A stretch of 64,000 bases of DNA from Candidatus Versatilivorator sp. (GTDB lineage Bacteria > Acidobacteriota > Terriglobia > Versatilivoradales > Versatilivoraceae), in the NCBI GenBank assembly GCA_965207735.1, contig OZ242296.1, positions 5,152,001 to 5,216,000 of the forward strand, written 5' to 3'. Both the position numbers and the translations under genes were made by a program. This document shows, piece by piece, positions 58,928 through 64,000 of the stretch. Below the pieces are notes generated by a model. That model made no database searches. It worked only from the letters and a program-made list of their open reading frames with translations, and was not told the origin of the DNA. Position 1 is the stretch's first letter. The number at the start of each line of letters is the position of its first letter.

Positions 58928-60982
58928 ATGAGTGCTGTCGATCCAATTCCGGCAGGGTTCCAGGGGCAACGGGTAGTTGCCTTCGAAAGCCGTTTGGCCG
59001 AGGAAATGGCCTCATTGATCTCCAGACACCAGGGTGTGCCCCAACTGGCGCCGGCCATGTCGGAGGTCCCGCTGGAAGAGAACGTCGGCGCCATCCGATT
59101 TGGGGAAAGGCTGCTCCGGGGAGAGGTTGCGGTGGTGGTCTTCATGACAGGCGTGGGAACCCGGACCCTGATGGAGGTGCTGCACAGGCGCTACCGGCAA
59201 CGGGACCTGCTTCGGGCCCTGGCCGGAGCTACCCTGATCGCGCGCGGCCCCAAGCCCATTGCAGCCTTGCGGGCCCTGGGGCTGTCCACGGTCATTCCCG
59301 TTCCCGAACCCAATACCTGGCGAGAAGTTCTGGAAGTGATGGATACCAGCGAGGGTTGCCCCAACCTCTCCGGATTGACGGTGGCCGTTCAGGAGTATGG
59401 GACCCCCAATCGACCCTTTCTGGAAGAACTCGGGAAAAGGGGAGCCGAGGTGCTCCAGGTCCCGGTCTATCGGTGGACGCTGCCCTCCGACACCCGTCCC
59501 CTTTGTCGTGCCATCGATGCCCTGATCGCCGGAACCTGCCAGGTTGCCCTGTTTACCAATTCCGTGCAGGTGTCGCACCTCTTCCAGTTGGCAAGCCAGC
59601 AGCGGAAGGCCGCTGCGTTGCGCCACGCGTTGAACGGTACGGTAACCGCTTCAATCGGGCCCAATTGCAGCCAGGCGCTGCGCCGCGAGCTGGTGCGAGT
59701 GGACCTGGAAGCCGGCCAGCCCAACATGGCCTGCCTGGTGGAGGAGGCCTCCAGGAGAGGCGCCGGCATGACGCGGAGCAAAGAAGCCTCCCCTTCTTCC
59801 AGAGTGGTCGTTCCGGTGGAGGTGGACTCGGGAACTAAGGACCCGTCGACCTGCAACCCGTTGGACAGCAGCGTCTTCATGAGAGCCTGCCGCCGCCGGT
59901 CCACCGAATACACGCCGGTCTGGCTCATGCGCCAGGCCGGGCGCTACATGGCGGAGTACCGGGCTATTCGCTCCAGGACCTCATTTCTCGGCTTGTGCAA
60001 GAACTCCGACCTGGCAGCCGAAGTCACCGTGACCGCGGCCCATCGTCTCGGAGTGGATGCCGCCATCATCTTTGCCGATATCCTTCTGATCGTGGAGCCC
60101 ATGGGCTTGGGTCTCACCTTCGAGGACGGGGAGGGGCCCAGCATCCAGGGGGTGATCCGTTCACAGGCGGAGGTGGATCGTCTGTCGGAAGTCAACCCGG
60201 AGGAATCCCTGTCCTTCGTGTTCGACGCCGTTCGCAAGGCTCGGGCAGGCCTGCGGTCCGACCTGCCGCTGATTGGGTTTGCCGGCGCCCCCTTTACGCT
60301 GGCCTCCTACATCACCGAGGGGGGAGGGTCCAAGAATTACATCCACACCAAGGAGCTGATGTACCGCCATCCCGGAGCCTGGGACAGCATGATGCAGTTG
60401 ATTTCCCGGAGCGTGACCCGGTACCTCAACGGGCAGATTCGCGCCGGGGCGCAGGCCGTTCAGCTCTTCGACAGCTGGGCCGGCTGCCTCAGCCCCGAGG
60501 ACTACCGGCGCTCGGTGCTGCCCTACACCGTCCAGGTGATCGAAAACATCAGGCCCCGAGTACCGGTCATCTACTTCTCGACGGGTACCGGCGGATACCT
60601 GGAGTTGGTTGCGTCGACCGGGGCCGACGTGATCGGGGTGGACTGGCGCATCGACTTGGCTCGGGCCTGGGCCAAGATCGGCGAGGGGCAGGCGGTGCAG
60701 GGCAACCTGGATCCCCTGGCGCTGCTGGGGGATCCCGGGAGCATCGCGGACAAAGCCGGGGAAATCCTGGATCGGGTTGGAGGGCGGCCGGGCCACATTT
60801 TCAATCTGGGCCACGGCGTTCTGCCCCAGACCCCGGTGGATCACGTGGTGAGACTGGTGGACGCCGTTCACGAGCGAAGCCGGAAGGCAGGGTCATCCGA
60901 AGGAGGGGCTTGTCTGAAACAACCGAAAAAAGACAAAAGACTTATCCACGAAGGGGCACGAAGAACGACGAAGGGACACTAA
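58928..60982 (+). CDS. hemE: Uroporphyrinogen-III synthase / uroporphyrinogen decarboxylase fusion (HemD-HemE)
   Basis: N-terminal AFESR, FMTGVG, ARGPKP, VPVYRW, SIGP (HemD); C-terminal PVWLMRQAGRYMAEY, IGFAGAPFTLASY, QGNLDP, HIFNLGHG (HemE). Confidence 0.93.
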   Translation: MSAVDPIPAGFQGQRVVAFESRLAEEMASLISRHQGVPQLAPAMSEVPLEENVGAIRFGERLLRGEVAVVVFMTGVGTRTLMEVLHRRYRQRDLLRALAGATLIARGPKPIAALRALGLSTVIPVPEPNTWREVLEVMDTSEGCPNLSGLTVAVQEYGTPNRPFLEELGKRGAEVLQVPVYRWTLPSDTRPLCRAIDALIAGTCQVALFTNSVQVSHLFQLASQQRKAAALRHALNGTVTASIGPNCSQALRRELVRVDLEAGQPNMACLVEEASRRGAGMTRSKEASPSSRVVVPVEVDSGTKDPSTCNPLDSSVFMRACRRRSTEYTPVWLMRQAGRYMAEYRAIRSRTSFLGLCKNSDLAAEVTVTAAHRLGVDAAIIFADILLIVEPMGLGLTFEDGEGPSIQGVIRSQAEVDRLSEVNPEESLSFVFDAVRKARAGLRSDLPLIGFAGAPFTLASYITEGGGSKNYIHTKELMYRHPGAWDSMMQLISRSVTRYLNGQIRAGAQAVQLFDSWAGCLSPEDYRRSVLPYTVQVIENIRPRVPVIYFSTGTGGYLELVASTGADVIGVDWRIDLARAWAKIGEGQAVQGNLDPLALLGDPGSIADKAGEILDRVGGRPGHIFNLGHGVLPQTPVDHVVRLVDAVHERSRKAGSSEGGACLKQPKKDKRLIHEGARRTTKGH

Positions 60983-61091
60983 GGCGCTGAGGTTGGCCGC
61001 GACGGGGTACCAAGTTCGCGAAAGGATTGTCGATTTCTGATTGTTTCACTCTCGAATGATCTGCACGGTAGGGCAGGGACGGGGGGCGGCT
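60908..61091 (-). repeat. Inverted copy of the ~183-bp repeat
   Basis: Reverse complement aligns with the 49925-50108 unit over its length. Confidence 0.88.
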
Positions 61092-61131
61092 AACCGGGTT
61101 GAGCGGGAAGATTTCGGCGGCCAGAAACGGA

Positions 61132-61160
61132 TTGACTTTCCAGGAGAAGGCTCTTAAGGT
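61132..61160 (+). promoter_or_regulatory. Sigma70 promoter of tRNA-Gly
   Basis: TTGACT-N17-TAAGGT. Confidence 0.7.
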
Positions 61161-61171
61161 TTGGAGCATTG

Positions 61172-61246
<75 letters not shown>

Positions 61247-61258
61247 GATTCTAAGACA

Positions 61259-61318
61259 GGGCTATCGATCAGGACGCGGCCGCTTTCTACGGTCGAGCTT
61301 GGTCGATAGCCCTTTTTT
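61259..61318 (+). terminator. Intrinsic terminator after tRNA-Gly
   Basis: GGGCTATCGATCA...TGGTCGATAGCCC followed by TTTTTT. Confidence 0.75.
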
Positions 61319-61338
61319 GTGGAGAACGACAGGGGTTA

Positions 61339-62452
61339 GCCCGCATTTCTCAGTGCGCCATGGAAAGGCGCCTTCTTCCAACGGGTGCGAAACCCGTCCA
61401 ACAACTGTCGCTCCGGTTGGTAGCAGCCAGGGCGGATCATGGAGGTAACGATATGGTCTGAAGCCCTCTGGTGTCAAAGGGCCGCTTAAGGCGGTTCAGC
61501 GAGCATGCGGGCCGGAACGCGAGTGAACGTCGAGCAGGCCTCGAAACGGGCAATGCGGGGGCCGACCCACCTGAGAAATGGGGAAGGCCGAAGACGGAGG
61601 GGGAAGCGAGCGACGCGGGCACCCCTTTGGACCCGCCGGGGTAGTGGCGCTGGCACGCATGGAAGGGGAAGAAGGCAGCAACATGGGAAGCCCTGTGGGT
61701 GGTGAGGCACGCACCGAACCGGAAGCTCGCGAGAGTCAGTCTAGGCCGACAGGGTGGCGGAGAGGCCTGTAGTACCGGAGAAGCCGGGTAATACCGGTGG
61801 AGGGAAGGGGCCTCAGGTGAGGAGCGGTGACCGAAGGGGGAAGGGTCCCGGGAGTGGCGAAAGCCTGAAACCCCGACCAAAAAAGGGCCGGAGACTCCGG
61901 AAGCATCACATGCAAAAGTGAAAGGGTCGTCGGAGGAGGACGGCGTCGTCAGGGCATCAACAGGCCTGGCGGCAACCCGGGAGCGGAAGTGGATGGAGTG
62001 GGGGACGGGTGCCAATCCCATAGGAGTCGTCCACGGATGCGAGCGGGGACCTGTGTGCGAGACGCATGATCCCACTGGAGAGCCGAGATGCGGGAAAACC
62101 GCACGTCCGGTTCGGAGAGCGGGGACTGGAAACGTGATAAGGGAGCCGGACTGAGGCCCGAAGCGAAAGCGACGGAATAGCCACCGGACCCTATAGTCAA
62201 CGCGCCAGTCCTCGACTCTACCCAGGTCGCTGGTGCCATGACGACAAGTAGTTTATCTTCAGTACGTTGATTGGCTCTATGGTAAGGGCTTGCGGGTAAC
62301 AGACTGCGCTGGGCATGCCTTGGCTTGTCTTTTTCCCTTCAGCGCGCACATGCTCCCTCGCGCGTAGTGACCGCTACGCTCTTCGGTCGCGAGCACGCGC
62401 TGAAGGGAAAAATCCTGCGCCATGTTCATGCCCCCTGGTGAGAAATGCGGGC
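61339..62452. mobile_element. MITE copy 2, interrupted by a group II intron
   Basis: Removing 61353-62221 restores a 245-bp element colinear with 33125-33369 (nine substitutions by eye, no indels). Confidence 0.92.
61353..62221 (+). ncRNA. ORF-less group II intron (IIB-like ribozyme, 869 nt)
   Basis: 5' GTGCG; D3 GCGGAGAGGCCTGTAGTACCGG..CCGGGTAATACCGGTGGAGGGAAGGGGCCT; D5 GAGCCGAGATGCGGGAAAACCGCACGTCCGGTTC; D6 ending CCAGTCCTCGACTCTAC; no RT ORF. Confidence 0.95.
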
Positions 62453-62721
62453 TAGTCTGAAAACCGCTGGCCGGCTTCCTCAGTTGCCAGCAGGTTGCAG
62501 CCTGCCTGGTTGGCAAACCGCATCCGGCAATGGAACACCCCCTCATTGACCTCTTCCAGGTCGGCCCTGAGGCAGGTGAAGGGCTCCATGTGTGTGGGGG
62601 TGTCGTGCACGCCGTAATCCATGCTCTCCGCCCTCCGCCGCTGCCGGGTCAGCGCGACCACGGCCAAAGCGAGCCCCTTGGCCAACAGTATGATTGACAG
62701 GTAGAGATAGAAGTGGGTCAT
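62452..62721 (-). CDS. Small hypothetical membrane-anchored protein (89 aa)
   Basis: N-terminal hydrophobic helix followed by RQRRR; GC3-rich codons; stop codon abuts the MITE end. Confidence 0.5.
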   Translation of the reverse strand: MTHFYLYLSIILLAKGLALAVVALTRQRRRAESMDYGVHDTPTHMEPFTCLRADLEEVNEGVFHCRMRFANQAGCNLLATEEAGQRFSD

Positions 62722-63144
62722 GACTGTAACCCGCCGAAAGGTTCCAGCTGAACCATGGGCGCATGGGCCGGGGGGTGGGACGCCCGGTGCTTGCCACCAA
62801 GACTCTAGGATTCACTCCCGGGTTTGTCAACCGGAGTGTTGCAGCGGTTCCTTCACAATTAACATGGATGCACAGGATAACCAGGACGGGACGCTGCTGC
62901 AGGAGAAGCCGGCTCCGGCAGGGACAGGATGCGGGCGGAACGCCCGCGCTCCCGGAAGTGCCGATCACTCCCCGCTTGAGAGGGGAAGCGGGCGCGGACA
63001 AGGCTGGAGAGACTACCGATGATCCTGGCATAGCCGGGTGTCCAGTGCGGCCGAAACACGCCGGTTTTGATCTTGACTTGAACTTTCTCAACCGCTTAGA
63101 TTGGGCCGGGGACAATAGCAATTGAATGTGCGGCCAGAGGCGAT

Positions 63145-64000
63145 ATGAGAATCCTGTCGAGCGCGCAGATGAGCTGGGTGGACCGGGAGACGACGGTCCG
63201 GTATGGCCTTCCCAGCCTGCTGCTCATGGAGAACGCCGGCAGCGGCGTCGTGCGGGAAATGGAACGGCACTTTGAGGGTCTCAAGGGCCTGAAGGTGCTG
63301 GTGGTCTGCGGCAAGGGGAACAACGGAGGAGACGGCTTGGTGGTGGCCCGACACCTCCACCTGGAAGGCGTGGCCACGGAAGTGGTCCTGATGGCTCGGC
63401 CCGAGTCCTTGAAGGGTGACGCCAGGACCAATCTGGAAGTGGCCCAAAAGATGGGAGTTCCCATAGAGTGGATCGTCGAGGAAGGCAATTGGTCCGACAG
63501 ACTGCAGTCCCGCCTGGCCCCCGCCCGGACCGACATCCTGGTGGACGCCCTTTTGGGCACGGGAGTCAGACTGCCATTGACAGGATTCATGATGGAGGTC
63601 GTCAGGTGCCTGAGACGCTTTCCCCGCGTGGTGGCCATCGATCTTCCCTCCGGCCTGGACTGCGATTGCCTGGGGACTCCCGAGCACGAAATGGTGGCCC
63701 CGGTGTCGGAACTGACGGTGACCTTCACCGCGCCCAAGCCGGCCCATATTTTTGCGCCGCCGGCTCGATTTTCCGGAAAGTGGGTGGTGGTTCCCATCGG
63801 CAGCCCGCCCGCACTGGTGGGGGAGTCGGGGTCCTGGCTCCATCAGGTCACCCGGGCCGAGGCTGCAGCCACCCTGCAGGACTTTGCCAGAGAGCCCGAG
63901 GCTCACAAGGGACACTTCGGTCACGTCCTGGCAGTTGCCGGTTCGACCGGCAAGACCGGGGCCGCCGCCATGGCGGCGCAAGCGTCTCTGGCCTGTGGCG
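63145..64000 (+). CDS. nnr: Bifunctional NAD(P)H-hydrate epimerase/dehydratase (partial, runs off the window)
   Basis: Hand translation MRILSSAQMSWVDR...LLMENAG...VCGKGNNGGDGLVVAR...VDALLGTG...AIDLPSG...HKGHFGHVLAVAGS. Confidence 0.93.
   Translation, partial: MRILSSAQMSWVDRETTVRYGLPSLLLMENAGSGVVREMERHFEGLKGLKVLVVCGKGNNGGDGLVVARHLHLEGVATEVVLMARPESLKGDARTNLEVAQKMGVPIEWIVEEGNWSDRLQSRLAPARTDILVDALLGTGVRLPLTGFMMEVVRCLRRFPRVVAIDLPSGLDCDCLGTPEHEMVAPVSELTVTFTAPKPAHIFAPPARFSGKWVVVPIGSPPALVGESGSWLHQVTRAEAAATLQDFAREPEAHKGHFGHVLAVAGSTGKTGAAAMAAQASLACG

Noticed and set aside
61259-61353. Class IIC-type intron targeting the tRNA terminator
   Set aside because: The insertion is ~35 nt past the U-tract, and full EBS1 plus EBS2 pairing to the MITE TIR explains the site.
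61437-62075. 212-aa minus-strand ORF and other short ORFs inside the intron
   Set aside because: Antisense to the ribozyme with no RT or maturase motifs; shadow frames.

Overview
GC-rich bacterial chromosome segment. The GWxTD protein, PSD1/DUF1553-DUF1501 pairs, DUF1080 protein and amidase-GerMN-rph-rdgB-tRNA-Pro order suggest Acidobacteriota (inference). About 1.8-37 kb is largely a cluster of Tat- or lipoprotein-exported catabolic enzymes: five GHL10-like TIM-barrel paralogues, two mirrored PSD1+DUF1501 pairs, Gfo/Idh/MocA, enolase-superfamily and GH127-like proteins. Core genes follow (rph, rdgB, xth, tkt, ssb, tol-pal, recN, miaB, a hemD-hemE fusion, nnr) with tRNA-Pro and tRNA-Gly. The main finding is an 869-nt ORF-less group II intron (61353-62221) inserted precisely inside the terminal inverted repeat (TIR) of a 245-bp MITE. 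Its EBS1/EBS2 loops are complementary to that TIR, an intron-free copy of the same MITE lies at 33125-33369, and a solo TIR lies at 46464-46482. Also present: an internally deleted P4-type integrase, an IS630 relic, a likely pseudokinase and several families of intergenic repeats. All calls were made by eye from motifs; no database searches were run.
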